Source: Bacilli bacterium
GTDB lineage: Bacteria; Bacillota_I; Bacilli_A; ML615J-28; CAG-698
Direction: 5' to 3'
NCBI GenBank assembly: GCA_045577945.1
Contig: JAZNJG010000197.1
Coordinates: 1-59,826, forward strand
DNA: 59,826 bases
Shown: positions 1-8,819 of the stretch, one piece after another
How positions within the stretch are numbered: position 1 is the first letter of the stretch
Layout of the letters: each line of letters opens with the position of its first letter
The notes under the pieces: model-generated
Told to the model about the DNA's origin: nothing
Seen by the model: the letters and a program-made list of their open reading frames with translations, nothing else
Databases searched by the model: none
Translations under genes and position numbers: made by a program

Positions 1-148
1 TATATATAATATATAAAAAATTATTAAAAATTATTTTCAAGTCGAAATTTGAAAAAATTTAAAAAAAATATAAATATAAAAATTTTATTATATATAATTT
101 TTTTAATATAAGGTATTTTTATTTTTTTAATTTTATTTAAATTTTTTA

Positions 149-200
149 AAATGTTTTTACTACGTAAAAACATTTATGCTATTAACTACGTTAATAGCAT
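149..200. repeat. two abutting perfect hairpins (stems 149-160/164-175 and 176-186/190-200) sharing an AC-TAC-GT apex
   Basis: aaatgtttttac-tac-gtaaaaacattt is directly followed by atgctattaac-tac-gttaatagcat. They sit in a ~340-bp non-coding stretch that is otherwise almost pure A/T. Confidence 0.6.
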
Positions 201-264
201 TTAATTTTTTATATATTATATATAAATATATTATTTAAATTTTAAATATATATTATATATCAAT

Positions 265-305
265 GCTTTTTATTATTATATATAATAATAAAAAGCCTTT
301 TTTTA
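265..305 (+). terminator. 32-nt perfect palindrome plus T-run (intrinsic terminator-like)
   Basis: gctttttattattata/tataataataaaaagc (265-296) followed by cttttttt. Confidence 0.5.
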
Positions 306-339
306 TATTTATTTAATTTTTTAAATAAATAAGGTTTTT

Positions 340-843
340 TTACTTCGAGTATACTTCAAGCTGAGGTACTTTAAAAGTTAAATTTGCAGTTATGAATAAA
401 TCTTCACTGACGTTAAATTCAAGACCAGATAAAGCTTGTGGTACACAGTTTTTAAAGATATAAGATTGTTTACTGTCATTTTGAGATTGATTAAAAATAA
501 GCTCTATATCAGTATAATCAAACCCAATCTTTTCTTCTCGAGTTTTATCTATAAATTTTGCTGTATCTATAAAATCTTCATCAGGTGATATCAATTTCAT
601 CCATTTTAATACTTCATTATAGTTTTTTAAGCTTTTATCAACAATAAAAGTTAAACTTAAATCACCATAACTGATGTGAGTGTCAGTTTCTACTACACTA
701 CCAACTATATACTTAATATCAGTTGAATTAATTGAAATATCTGGTGTTGAAATAGTTTGACAGTAAAAATCAACACCTGGTAATCTACTAAGATTGACTA
801 AAAATTTTCCTGATGATAAAAAATTATCTATACACTCTGACAT
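340..843 (-). CDS. gp19-fold tail-tube family protein (baseplate/tube junction, gp48/gp54-like)
   Basis: 167-aa ORF. The N-terminal pattern FLVNLSRLPGVDFYCQTISTPDISI and the C-terminal beta-rich end resemble the tube protein at 50514..51038 (YKVELTFP..FLCKGASIPQ). A minus-strand TATAAATA lies at 903..910. Confidence 0.5.
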   Translation of the reverse strand: MSECIDNFLSSGKFLVNLSRLPGVDFYCQTISTPDISINSTDIKYIVGSVVETDTHISYGDLSLTFIVDKSLKNYNEVLKWMKLISPDEDFIDTAKFIDKTREEKIGFDYTDIELIFNQSQNDSKQSYIFKNCVPQALSGLEFNVSEDLFITANLTFKVPQLEVYSK

Positions 844-876
844 ATTTTTTAGAATTCCTATTGAATTTTTTATTAA

Positions 877-884
877 TATAAATA
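877..884 (+). promoter_or_regulatory. TATAAATA box (possible T4-type late promoter)
   Basis: Exact TATAAATA 57 nt upstream of ATG 941. The 8-mer is also expected by chance in DNA this AT-rich. Confidence 0.25.
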
Positions 885-902
885 AAATTATCTTGTTAAA
901 AA

Positions 903-910
903 TATTTATA
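903..910 (-). promoter_or_regulatory. TATAAATA box on minus strand upstream of 340..843
   Basis: The plus strand reads tatttata, 60 nt upstream of the minus-strand ATG at 843. Confidence 0.35.
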
Positions 911-940
911 TCTAGAAATTATAACAGTTAGGAGTTATTA

Positions 941-1183
941 ATGAGTGATGTAGGTGGTATTGCAGCAGATAGATTGCGGTCTCTTATTGAAAGAATTGAA
1001 TATCTTGAAGAAGAAAAGAATGGAATCGGTAATGATATTAAGGATGTTTTTGCAGAAGCTAAATCAGCTGGATTTGATACTAAGATTATGAAGAGTATTC
1101 TTAAGCTACGTAAAATGAGTGCAGCTGATCGCGATGAACAAGAGCTTTTAATTGAAACTTACTGTAAAGCTTTAAATATGTAG
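941..1183 (+). CDS. GapR-like DUF2312 DNA-binding protein
   Basis: 80 aa. LRSLIERIEYLEEEKNGIGNDIKDVFAEAKSAGFDTKIMKSILKLRKM matches the conserved core of the DUF2312/GapR family. AGGAG RBS 7 nt upstream. Confidence 0.7.
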   Translation: MSDVGGIAADRLRSLIERIEYLEEEKNGIGNDIKDVFAEAKSAGFDTKIMKSILKLRKMSAADRDEQELLIETYCKALNM

Positions 1184-1195
1184 GTATTTTTAAAA

Positions 1196-1630
1196 ATGGC
1201 GAAGCTTGAAGATATTTTAAATTTATGGGAGAAAGATTGTGAAATCGATAAATCACATCTTGATACTGAGATTTTAAATATACCAAAGCTTCACCATAAA
1301 TACTTAAAACTATTAGCACAAGAGAGATTAGCGTATAAAGAATTAGAGCGAAGAAAAAAAGAGATATCACAATCTCTTTGGTTATATTTCTCAGGTAAAG
1401 CTGATTCACAGGTGTATCGTGATAATCCTTTACCAAATGATCTAATTACAAATACAAAAATCAAAGATTATATTGAGATTGATGATAGGTTTGTAAAAAT
1501 ACAACAGAAAATTGACATAGCAAATGAAAAGATTGAATTATTGGTTGAAATTATAAAAGAAATTAATTCAAGATCATATAAAATTAGAAATTATATTGAT
1601 TGGCAAAAATTTACAAGTGGTGTCAATTAA
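1196..1630 (+). CDS. uvsY: UvsY-like recombination mediator
   Basis: 144 aa. Layout is collinear with T4 UvsY: LEDI..W..D..ID..L.., KYLKLL, YFSGKA, and C-terminal IDWQKFTSG versus T4 ..MRAFEAGK. It abuts uvsW. Confidence 0.6.
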   Translation: MAKLEDILNLWEKDCEIDKSHLDTEILNIPKLHHKYLKLLAQERLAYKELERRKKEISQSLWLYFSGKADSQVYRDNPLPNDLITNTKIKDYIEIDDRFVKIQQKIDIANEKIELLVEIIKEINSRSYKIRNYIDWQKFTSGVN

Positions 1631-3205
1631 ATGAGTGATGTTTTAATTAAATATATAAGTGAATCAATATGCGAAGTTTCAACAGATAATTATACTCTAT
1701 CTGAATTAAAATATCGAATGAGATTTCATCCTAAAAACTACTACTTTACACCACTATATAAGTGCGGTAAGTGGGATGGTTGGATTTATTTGATAAAAAA
1801 TCAAGGTCGTATGGCTGTTGGTTTAATTCCGATGCTATGTTCAAAAATGAAAGAATTAAATATATCTTTTGAAATTGATAATCGCTATTTTCCAAGCTAT
1901 CAAATATTAAGAGAAGATATAGTAAGTTACTCACGTTTATTGAATATTACTTCTAAAGGTGTGAATATAACACCAAGAGATTATCAGGTTGAAGGTATAT
2001 TTCAAGCTTTATCTAATAAGCGAGCTGTTTTACTTTCCGCTACTAATTCTGGTAAATCTTTAACACTATATGTTTATGTAAGATATTTAATAGATATACT
2101 AGGTTTAAATAAAATCTTACTACTAGTACCTAATACAATGTTAGTTGAGCAGATGTATAGTGATTTTATAGATTACTCAACTAATAACAAATGGGATGTT
2201 GAATTAAACTGCCAGAAAATCTATTCTGATATTAAAAACAGGGATATGACTAAAAAAGTTCATATAAGCACTTGGCAGTCACTATATACAAAAGATCCAG
2301 AATTATTTCATCAATATGAAGCTTTTATATGTGATGAAGTTCACACCGCAAAAGGTGAATCAATACAATCGATTTCAGCAAACTGTATTAATGCATCATT
2401 TCGTTTAGGTTGTACTGGGTCTTTAACTGGAGATAATATTGATGAGTATACAATAAGAGGCTCATTTGGTAGCGTTCATAATATTATTGATAATAAAGAA
2501 ATGATAGCAAAGAAATATTCAACGCCTCTTGAGATAAAAGCTATTTTATTAAAATATAATGAGCGTTTGAGTCAATCATTTAAGTATTTAAATTATCAAG
2601 ATGAAATTAATTTTATATGTGAGTGTAAAGAGAGAAATGCTTTTATTGCTAAATTAGTTAATAGTTTTAGTGATAAAAACACTCTTATTTTATTTGATAA
2701 AATAAAACATGGCATGCTTTTATACAAAACAATTAAAAGTATATTTCCAGATAGAAAAGTATTTTTTATTTCAGGTGATATAAAAACAGAAGTTCGAAAT
2801 CGAATCAAAGAGTATATTGATAATTCAACTGAAAGAGGGTTAGTGTTAATTGCTACATATCAAACTTTTTCAACAGGTATTAATTTAAAGAATTTACATA
2901 ATCTAGTATTTGCTTCACCTTTTAAAAGTCGTGTTAGATTGTTACAGTCATTAGGTCGTATGTTGCGTAAAGCTCAAGATAAAGATGGTGCAATTACATA
3001 TGATATTGTTGATGATTTTTCTTATAAATCTTATATTAATAGCACCTTAAAACACTTTACAGAGTACAGATTACCTGAATATGATAAAAGTGGTTTTAAA
3101 TGTCAAATTATTAAGCGTGCTATTGAATCAACTATAAACGAGAATAAGTATATTGAAAAAGCAGAACAAGAAAAAGAATACAGAAAAAAGATAAAAACGT
3201 ATTGA
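1631..3205 (+). CDS. uvsW: UvsW-type SF2 DNA/RNA helicase
   Basis: Collinear with T4 UvsW: GKWDGWIYL, PRDYQ, Walker A SATNSGKS, VPNTMLVEQMYSDFIDY, STWQS, CDEVH, GCTGSL, FSTGINLKNLHNLVFA, QSLGRMLRK. Confidence 0.9.
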   Translation: MSDVLIKYISESICEVSTDNYTLSELKYRMRFHPKNYYFTPLYKCGKWDGWIYLIKNQGRMAVGLIPMLCSKMKELNISFEIDNRYFPSYQILREDIVSYSRLLNITSKGVNITPRDYQVEGIFQALSNKRAVLLSATNSGKSLTLYVYVRYLIDILGLNKILLLVPNTMLVEQMYSDFIDYSTNNKWDVELNCQKIYSDIKNRDMTKKVHISTWQSLYTKDPELFHQYEAFICDEVHTAKGESIQSISANCINASFRLGCTGSLTGDNIDEYTIRGSFGSVHNIIDNKEMIAKKYSTPLEIKAILLKYNERLSQSFKYLNYQDEINFICECKERNAFIAKLVNSFSDKNTLILFDKIKHGMLLYKTIKSIFPDRKVFFISGDIKTEVRNRIKEYIDNSTERGLVLIATYQTFSTGINLKNLHNLVFASPFKSRVRLLQSLGRMLRKAQDKDGAITYDIVDDFSYKSYINSTLKHFTEYRLPEYDKSGFKCQIIKRAIESTINENKYIEKAEQEKEYRKKIKTY

Positions 3206-3267
3206 TTTTCATAAAATTTATATCTAAAATTTTAACATAATTATAATTTATTAGGGCTTAATTAAAT

Positions 3268-4608
3268 ATGTCGCGTAAGTTAGATTTAGATTATGAAGAG
3301 GTTTTAAATATATATAATCAGTTAAATAGTTATAGAAAAACAGCTAAACATTTTAACACATCTCACACAACAATAATTAATTTATTAAATAATCATATTA
3401 AAGATAACGAGAAATTTAATCTTAATTCAATTCAGAGAAGATTAAAAACTGAATCAATTGAAAACGTATCAAATGATTTAGGTATGAGTGTAACAGCACT
3501 TGAAAAATTTATCCAGATATTAACATTAAATCAGAAACTCGCTAGAATAGAACAAAAATATCGAGATTTATCTAACGTAAAAGGTAAGCATTTTCGTGAA
3601 TATGCGCGTGTAGATAATACACTAGAAGAATTATCAAAAAGTATTCAAAAATATATTAAAGAAGATAGATTTAACTATCAAATTAAAAATAATAAAGATA
3701 CAAATATTATTCAGATTAATAAGAACATCGGAGTCATTCATCTCTCTGATTTACATTTGAATGAACAAGTAGATATTGATTCAAATCAATTTAATTGGGA
3801 TATTGCATCAAAAAGATTGAAAAAATTTATCGATCAATCATTACATATTTTTTCATTCAATAAAGTTAGAGAAGTTTTAATTGTTGGAACTGGAGATTTC
3901 TTAAATTCTGATAGACGCTTAGATGAATTAATGACAAATTCTGATAATAGAGCTCAATCTTCTGTGTTAGCGTATAAATTAATTCGATCAGTTATTTTAC
4001 AAGTAGCAGAAAAATATAAAGTAACATATACATTTGTATGTGGTAATGAATCACGAATCGATCAAGATATTCACAATTCAAAAATATTAGTATCTAATAA
4101 TTTTGATTATATGATTGGAATGCATTTATATACATTTTTTGAAGATTCTGACAGAGTTAAAATTATTTTACCAAATAATCCTGAAGAACAAATCGTTAAA
4201 ATATTTAATGAATATATTTTATTAATACATGGTCATAAAGGAATTGGCGATAATATTGAGAATTCACTATCAAAAATTATATCAAAATATTCAAGAACTA
4301 AAGGTATTAATATTTCATATGCATTATATGGTCATATACATTCCTGTTTAATTAGTGATAATTTTAGTCGCTCTGGTTCATTAGTTGGTGATAATGAATA
4401 CTCATTTAATAAATTACAATTATCAGGCAAAGCAAGTCAAAATTGTTATGTTTTCGAACCTGATGGATCTAAAAATTGCTATAGAATTGATTTGCAAAAT
4501 ATAGATAATGTAAATGGATATCCATTCAATAAAGATTTAGAATCGTATAATACAAAATCAAAATCAAAAACCTTTGATGAAACAGTAATTGTCAAAGTTG
4601 TGATTTAG
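3268..4608 (+). CDS. calcineurin-like metallophosphoesterase with N-terminal HTH-like region
   Basis: Motifs IHLSDLHLN, GTGDFLNSD, CGNESR, IHGHKG, YGHIHS. The N-terminus has RKTAKHFNTSHTTIINLL (HTH-like). No Rad50-like partner is in the window, so a gp47/Mre11 assignment stays open. Confidence 0.6.
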   Translation: MSRKLDLDYEEVLNIYNQLNSYRKTAKHFNTSHTTIINLLNNHIKDNEKFNLNSIQRRLKTESIENVSNDLGMSVTALEKFIQILTLNQKLARIEQKYRDLSNVKGKHFREYARVDNTLEELSKSIQKYIKEDRFNYQIKNNKDTNIIQINKNIGVIHLSDLHLNEQVDIDSNQFNWDIASKRLKKFIDQSLHIFSFNKVREVLIVGTGDFLNSDRRLDELMTNSDNRAQSSVLAYKLIRSVILQVAEKYKVTYTFVCGNESRIDQDIHNSKILVSNNFDYMIGMHLYTFFEDSDRVKIILPNNPEEQIVKIFNEYILLIHGHKGIGDNIENSLSKIISKYSRTKGINISYALYGHIHSCLISDNFSRSGSLVGDNEYSFNKLQLSGKASQNCYVFEPDGSKNCYRIDLQNIDNVNGYPFNKDLESYNTKSKSKTFDETVIVKVVI

Positions 4609-4619
4609 GAGTTGAAACA

Positions 4620-4811
4620 ATGTTAGATTTAAAATATAAAATTGGTGATATCTTATTAGATAGTGAAACTGATAAGTTATGGGTTGTTGTGTATTATGAT
4701 GAAGAAACGAGATTGTATAATATACAAGAAATAAGTATCAACCAAGTAACCGAATCAAAATTAGATAGTATGGTGTTATTAGATGAAGAGGATTTATTAG
4801 AAAATGATTAA
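4620..4811 (+). CDS. hypothetical protein
   Basis: 63-aa ORF in a co-directional array; its end overlaps the next start (4804). Confidence 0.4.
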   Translation: MLDLKYKIGDILLDSETDKLWVVVYYDEETRLYNIQEISINQVTESKLDSMVLLDEEDLLEND

Positions 4812-5595
4812 TATAAGCCATGAAATTCCAATCTCGCTACTCGAAGAATCAAAATATATAAATGATTATGATTATTGTTTAGTTCATTTATTAGATCAAA
4901 ACGAAGATTATAAGAATTTTTATATGAATTCAGTTAAAGAAGGTCGTAAAGTTTTATTAGATAATTCATTGTTTGAGCTTGAAACATTATTTAATGGTGA
5001 TATTTTTGCAGAAAAAATTTTAGAATTAAAACCAACTGAATATATTATACCAGATAGTTTAGAGGATATTAATGAAACTATTAATTCATATAATAATTTT
5101 ATTTCTAAATATAATGATTTACCAGGTATTAAAATAGGAGTTGTTCAAGGAAAAACATTAGACGAGTTAATTGAGTGTTATAAATTTATGTCAGCTAAAA
5201 CTGATAAAATTGCTATTTCATTTGATTATAGCTTTTATGAAAATTTTTATCTTACAAATAATAAATTAACATCTTGGTGTTTAGGTCGTCAAAAATTTAT
5301 TGATTATTTAGTTGATAATAATATATGGAATAATGATAAACCACATCATTTATTAGGTTGTAGTTTATCAAAAGAATTTCTTAATAAAACATATAATAAT
5401 ATTAGTATTGAAAGTATTGATACATCAAATCCTATCGTTGCTGCAATTAAAAATTTAAAATATAATAATATATATGGTTTAGAAGAGAAACCTTCAGTTA
5501 AACTTTGTGATTTAATTGATTATAAACTTAATAAAGAACAATTAGAATTAGTTAAATATAATACAAAAATGTTTAGAAAGGCGTGTAATGGCTAG
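4804..5595 (+). CDS. putative TGT/DpdA-like (TIM-barrel) 7-deazaguanine transglycosylase
   Basis: VLLDNSLFE resembles the TGT DSGGFQ strand, HHLLGCS resembles the TGT (L/M)FG(I/V)G strand, and SIDTSNPIV resembles FDC(V)xPTR. It is translationally coupled to the downstream genes of the queF/queC island. Assignment rests on motif resemblance only. Confidence 0.4.
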   Translation: MINISHEIPISLLEESKYINDYDYCLVHLLDQNEDYKNFYMNSVKEGRKVLLDNSLFELETLFNGDIFAEKILELKPTEYIIPDSLEDINETINSYNNFISKYNDLPGIKIGVVQGKTLDELIECYKFMSAKTDKIAISFDYSFYENFYLTNNKLTSWCLGRQKFIDYLVDNNIWNNDKPHHLLGCSLSKEFLNKTYNNISIESIDTSNPIVAAIKNLKYNNIYGLEEKPSVKLCDLIDYKLNKEQLELVKYNTKMFRKACNG

Positions 5596-6139
5596 TAAAT
5601 GGATATGTTTCTTTTCACAAACAGGTAGTGAAATTGCAAATATTGTTAATAAATTAAAAATTACACCTGATTTAATAATTACAAATAGAGAGAATTTAGA
5701 AGGTGTAAATTCTTATATTTTAAATAATTTAAAAGATAGAATTGTATATCTACCTTCTAAACCTATATTAAATGATTATGATAGATTAGTTAATCAGTAT
5801 AAGGATATATTTAATGATTCTATAATAACCTTACATGGGTTTTTAAGAATTATTCCAGGTGAGATTTGTAATAGTTATAATATATATAATTTACACCCAG
5901 GTTTGATTACAAAATATCCTGAATTAAAAGGATTTAACCCGCAAGAAAAAGCTTTTAAATTAAAATTAAAAACAAGCGGTTCAGTTATACATAAAGTTAT
6001 TGCCGAAGTTGATTCTGGAGAAATTCTTGATAGTGTTGAAATAGGTATTGATAATTTAACTTTAGATCAAGTATACCAAGAACTACACAATATATCAACT
6101 GAATTATGGGTTAAATTTCTAACTAAAGAATTCAAGTAA
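5588..6139 (+). CDS. PurN-like formyltransferase
   Basis: Collinear with GAR transformylase: FFSQTGSEIANI (ISGNGSNLQAI), LHGFLRII (LAGFMRIL), YNLHPGLITKYPELKG (LNIHPSLLPKYPGL), GSVIHKVIAEVDSGEIL (GTSVHFVTDELDGGPVI). The catalytic N-x-H and Asp are retained. Confidence 0.7.
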   Translation: MASKWICFFSQTGSEIANIVNKLKITPDLIITNRENLEGVNSYILNNLKDRIVYLPSKPILNDYDRLVNQYKDIFNDSIITLHGFLRIIPGEICNSYNIYNLHPGLITKYPELKGFNPQEKAFKLKLKTSGSVIHKVIAEVDSGEILDSVEIGIDNLTLDQVYQELHNISTELWVKFLTKEFK

Positions 6140-7359
6140 TGTCGGTTATTTTAAGAAATATTACAGATAGAAATACTATTTTAAATTTAATGAATATTAG
6201 TGATAATAACATTGATTTTAAATGTATTAGTGTTCGTGAAGATCGTAAAATAGTATCATATATAATTTATCACTATACAGATAATAAAACTATTATTGAT
6301 TACCTGTATACAGATGAACAATATCGTAACAAGGGGTATGCATTAAAATTAATCAATAGATTAGAAATTGAATCAAATAATAATATATTTATAGCATACA
6401 CAAATAAAAACACTGATCATTTCTTTGCAAAATATTTTGAAAAAGATTCAGTTAATAATTGTTTTATATTAAATAGAGTTAAAGTTGATTTACACATACA
6501 CCTTGGACAGGTTCCAAGTACAAGAAAAACCACATCAAAAGAATTTGATATACAAACTGATCAAGTTAAATCATATATACAAAATTCAAATATAACTCAT
6601 GCTTGTATACTATATACTAATTATGAACAGTTATATGAGTTAAGTCAAGATCTACCAGGTGTAAAATTATATGGGTTACAATATTATGATATAAGCTTAT
6701 GTAATTCAGTATTAAATTTTCAAAAATTCGATTGCGATAAAGATTTATGGAAAGGTATTAAAATACATTCACACCGTAATTTTAATTCAAAAAGTATTAT
6801 AAATTACTCACAGAAAGGTTTATTGCATTCATTATTTAATAGTTTACCAGATAATAGTATTATATTACCACACTTCCAAGGATCAATCGGTAGCACGCCG
6901 TTAGATATTCAAAATAATATTATTGAATTTACAAATCATAAATTTATAATAGGTCATAGTGGTAATTATGGTCATATGGCTTATAAACCTAATATTATTG
7001 AAAATCAATACGATACAAATAAAAAGAATCTAATGCATTTACACTTAATATCATTAAATAGTGTAAACACGGCAGTTAATTTAGCTAATAACTTACCAAA
7101 TGTTTATCTCGATTCATCTATATTTGTAACTCATAAAAATATTATATTTAATGATTGTGTTAATAGTGGGTTTGGTAGCGATTTTCCATTAGGTGTAATG
7201 AAGAATAAATTATTACAAAATCAAGAAATTTTGTATTGTAATTCTTTTAGTAAGAATATACATTTAAACACAATACATTTAAATACAGTTAAATTTCTAA
7301 ATTCTTCAATTGAAGAGCGAATGAAAAAATTTTTTAAGGAGAACAAAAAACAATGTTAA
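6139..7359 (+). CDS. fusion protein: N-terminal GNAT-like acyltransferase and C-terminal metal-dependent amidohydrolase-like TIM barrel
   Basis: N-terminal YTDEQYRNKGYALKLINRLE is a Q/R-x-x-G-x-A type acyl-CoA loop. The C-terminal half has VDLHIHLG (HxH), IKIHSH, IIGHSG and GSDFP. The start overlaps the previous stop. Confidence 0.45.
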   Translation: MSVILRNITDRNTILNLMNISDNNIDFKCISVREDRKIVSYIIYHYTDNKTIIDYLYTDEQYRNKGYALKLINRLEIESNNNIFIAYTNKNTDHFFAKYFEKDSVNNCFILNRVKVDLHIHLGQVPSTRKTTSKEFDIQTDQVKSYIQNSNITHACILYTNYEQLYELSQDLPGVKLYGLQYYDISLCNSVLNFQKFDCDKDLWKGIKIHSHRNFNSKSIINYSQKGLLHSLFNSLPDNSIILPHFQGSIGSTPLDIQNNIIEFTNHKFIIGHSGNYGHMAYKPNIIENQYDTNKKNLMHLHLISLNSVNTAVNLANNLPNVYLDSSIFVTHKNIIFNDCVNSGFGSDFPLGVMKNKLLQNQEILYCNSFSKNIHLNTIHLNTVKFLNSSIEERMKKFFKENKKQC

Positions 7360-7883
7360 TAAGTTTCTCAGGTGCACAATCAACAGGGAAAACTACATTG
7401 CTTAATATATTAAAGCAAGATAGTTCTTTAGAAAATTATAAATTTATTGATGAAATTACAAGAAGCATACAAAAACAAGGGTATAAAATAAATGAGTTAG
7501 GTGATAGCGAGACACAAAAATTAATAATGAAAGCACACATAGACAATTCAAATCTAACAAATGCAATATTAGATAGATGCTCGCTAGATGGTTTATGTTA
7601 TACTGAATATCTATATAATAAAGGTAATATTTCAGAAGAAGTAATGGATTTTACAAAAATAGCATTTCAAAATACAATTAATAAGTATGATTTAATATTT
7701 TATTTAAAACCAGAATTTGAAATTGTTGATGATAATGTAAGAAGTACAAATAAAGAATTTCAAAATGAAATTGTAAAACTATTTGATAAAAATATTAATC
7801 TTTATAATATAAATGTGATTCAACTAACAGGTACAATTGAAGAAAGATTAAAACAAATATATAATTATATTGAAAGGAAGTAA
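7353..7883 (+). CDS. P-loop NTPase/kinase (NadR/AAA_28-like)
   Basis: Walker A at the N-terminus, ISFSGAQSTGKTTLLN. 176 aa. Overlaps the upstream ORF by 7 nt. Confidence 0.6.
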   Translation: MLISFSGAQSTGKTTLLNILKQDSSLENYKFIDEITRSIQKQGYKINELGDSETQKLIMKAHIDNSNLTNAILDRCSLDGLCYTEYLYNKGNISEEVMDFTKIAFQNTINKYDLIFYLKPEFEIVDDNVRSTNKEFQNEIVKLFDKNINLYNINVIQLTGTIEERLKQIYNYIERK

Positions 7884-7886
7884 ATT

Positions 7887-8777
7887 ATGAGTAAAACTGA
7901 AGAAATTGCATCAACACTTTTAGGTAAGAAAGTAAGTGGTAGTGATTATTATGATCCTTCATTATTAGTCGCAGTACCTAGATATGAGAATCGTGAACAA
8001 TATAATATAGATGAAAGTAATTTACCTTTTGAAGGTTACGATATTTGGCATGCATACGAGATATCTTTTCTAACAAAAAAAGGTGTACCTGTAAACGGTG
8101 TTGCAAAGATTAAATATAATTGTAATAGTAAATATATTGTTGAATCAAAATCACTTAAACTGTATTTGAATTCGTTTAATATGACACCAATGAAAGATAC
8201 AATTGAAGAAAGTCTTAATTTCTTTCTAGAAACAGTTAGAAAAGATTTAAGTGAAAAACTTGAAACAAATGTTGAAGTTGAATTTCACGATAAACTTTCT
8301 AATGAAAAGGAATTAACATATAGTAAATATACACCGTTACAAGAATTATGTGATATGAATAGTATTACTTGTACTGAGTTTAACGAAAACCCGGATTTAT
8401 TACATGTAGTTAGAGATAAACCTTCTGAAGTACGCATAACATTTAATGGATTAAAATCAAATTGTCGCGTCACGAAACAACCGGACTTCAGTGACATAAT
8501 AATTAGATGGAAGTCAAAACACACAATTTCTTATGAAGATTTATTAAAATATATTGTATCCTTTCGCCATGAAAACCATTTCCATTGCGAAATTGTAGAA
8601 TGTATGTATAAAAGATTATGGGATAAACTAGAACAGCCTGAAGAATTATCAGTTACAGGTCTGTATACAAGAAGAGGTGGAATTTCCATCTATCCAATGA
8701 GAGCTAACAAAATTGAATTACTCGATCAAACAATGTTAGATCCAACAAAATATGTAAAAGGTACAATTAGAGATTAA
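7887..8777 (+). CDS. queF: NADPH-dependent 7-cyano-7-deazaguanine (preQ0) reductase, bimodular type
   Basis: Collinear with E. coli QueF: LLGK, PFEGYDIWHAYEISFL, ESKSLKLYLNSFN, catalytic-Cys motif LKSNCRVTKQPDFS, VSFRHENHFHCEIVE, YTRRGGISIYP. Confidence 0.88.
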   Translation: MSKTEEIASTLLGKKVSGSDYYDPSLLVAVPRYENREQYNIDESNLPFEGYDIWHAYEISFLTKKGVPVNGVAKIKYNCNSKYIVESKSLKLYLNSFNMTPMKDTIEESLNFFLETVRKDLSEKLETNVEVEFHDKLSNEKELTYSKYTPLQELCDMNSITCTEFNENPDLLHVVRDKPSEVRITFNGLKSNCRVTKQPDFSDIIIRWKSKHTISYEDLLKYIVSFRHENHFHCEIVECMYKRLWDKLEQPEELSVTGLYTRRGGISIYPMRANKIELLDQTMLDPTKYVKGTIRD

Positions 8778-8785
8778 AAGCAATA

Positions 8786-8819
8786 AAAATGGTTGAGTAT
8801 TAATACTCAACCATTTTTT
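8786..8819. terminator. hairpin between convergent queF and homing-endonuclease genes
   Basis: aaaatggttgagtat..atactcaaccatttt, flanked by an A-run and a T-run. It overlaps the last codons of the minus-strand gene. Confidence 0.5.

Noticed and set aside
1101-1436. 111-aa minus-strand ORF overlapping the GapR-like and uvsY genes. The same applies to the similar minus-strand ORFs at 1746..1934, 2596..2808, 8285..8524, 10967..11155, 20641..20895, 22411..22602, 25371..25574, 27538..27810, 33885..34091, 37274..37654, 38113..38304, 39021..39203, 42547..42777, 48747..48959, 49577..49855, 51282..51479, 51764..51997, 52549..52839, 54489..54728, 54957..55175, 55234..55446, 55501..55935 and 56037..56285.
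   Set aside because: All lie antisense inside well-supported + strand genes, lack RBS-like sequences, and have low-complexity translations (Ser/Leu/Ile/Phe-rich mirrors of Glu/Lys/Asp-rich genes). I treat them as shadow ORFs.
3268-4608. Assignment as gp47/Mre11 (SbcD) recombination nuclease
   Set aside because: The phosphoesterase motifs are present but motif III reads GNES rather than GNH(D/E). An N-terminal HTH-like region is atypical, and no Rad50/gp46-like ATPase is adjacent. I call it only a generic metallophosphoesterase.
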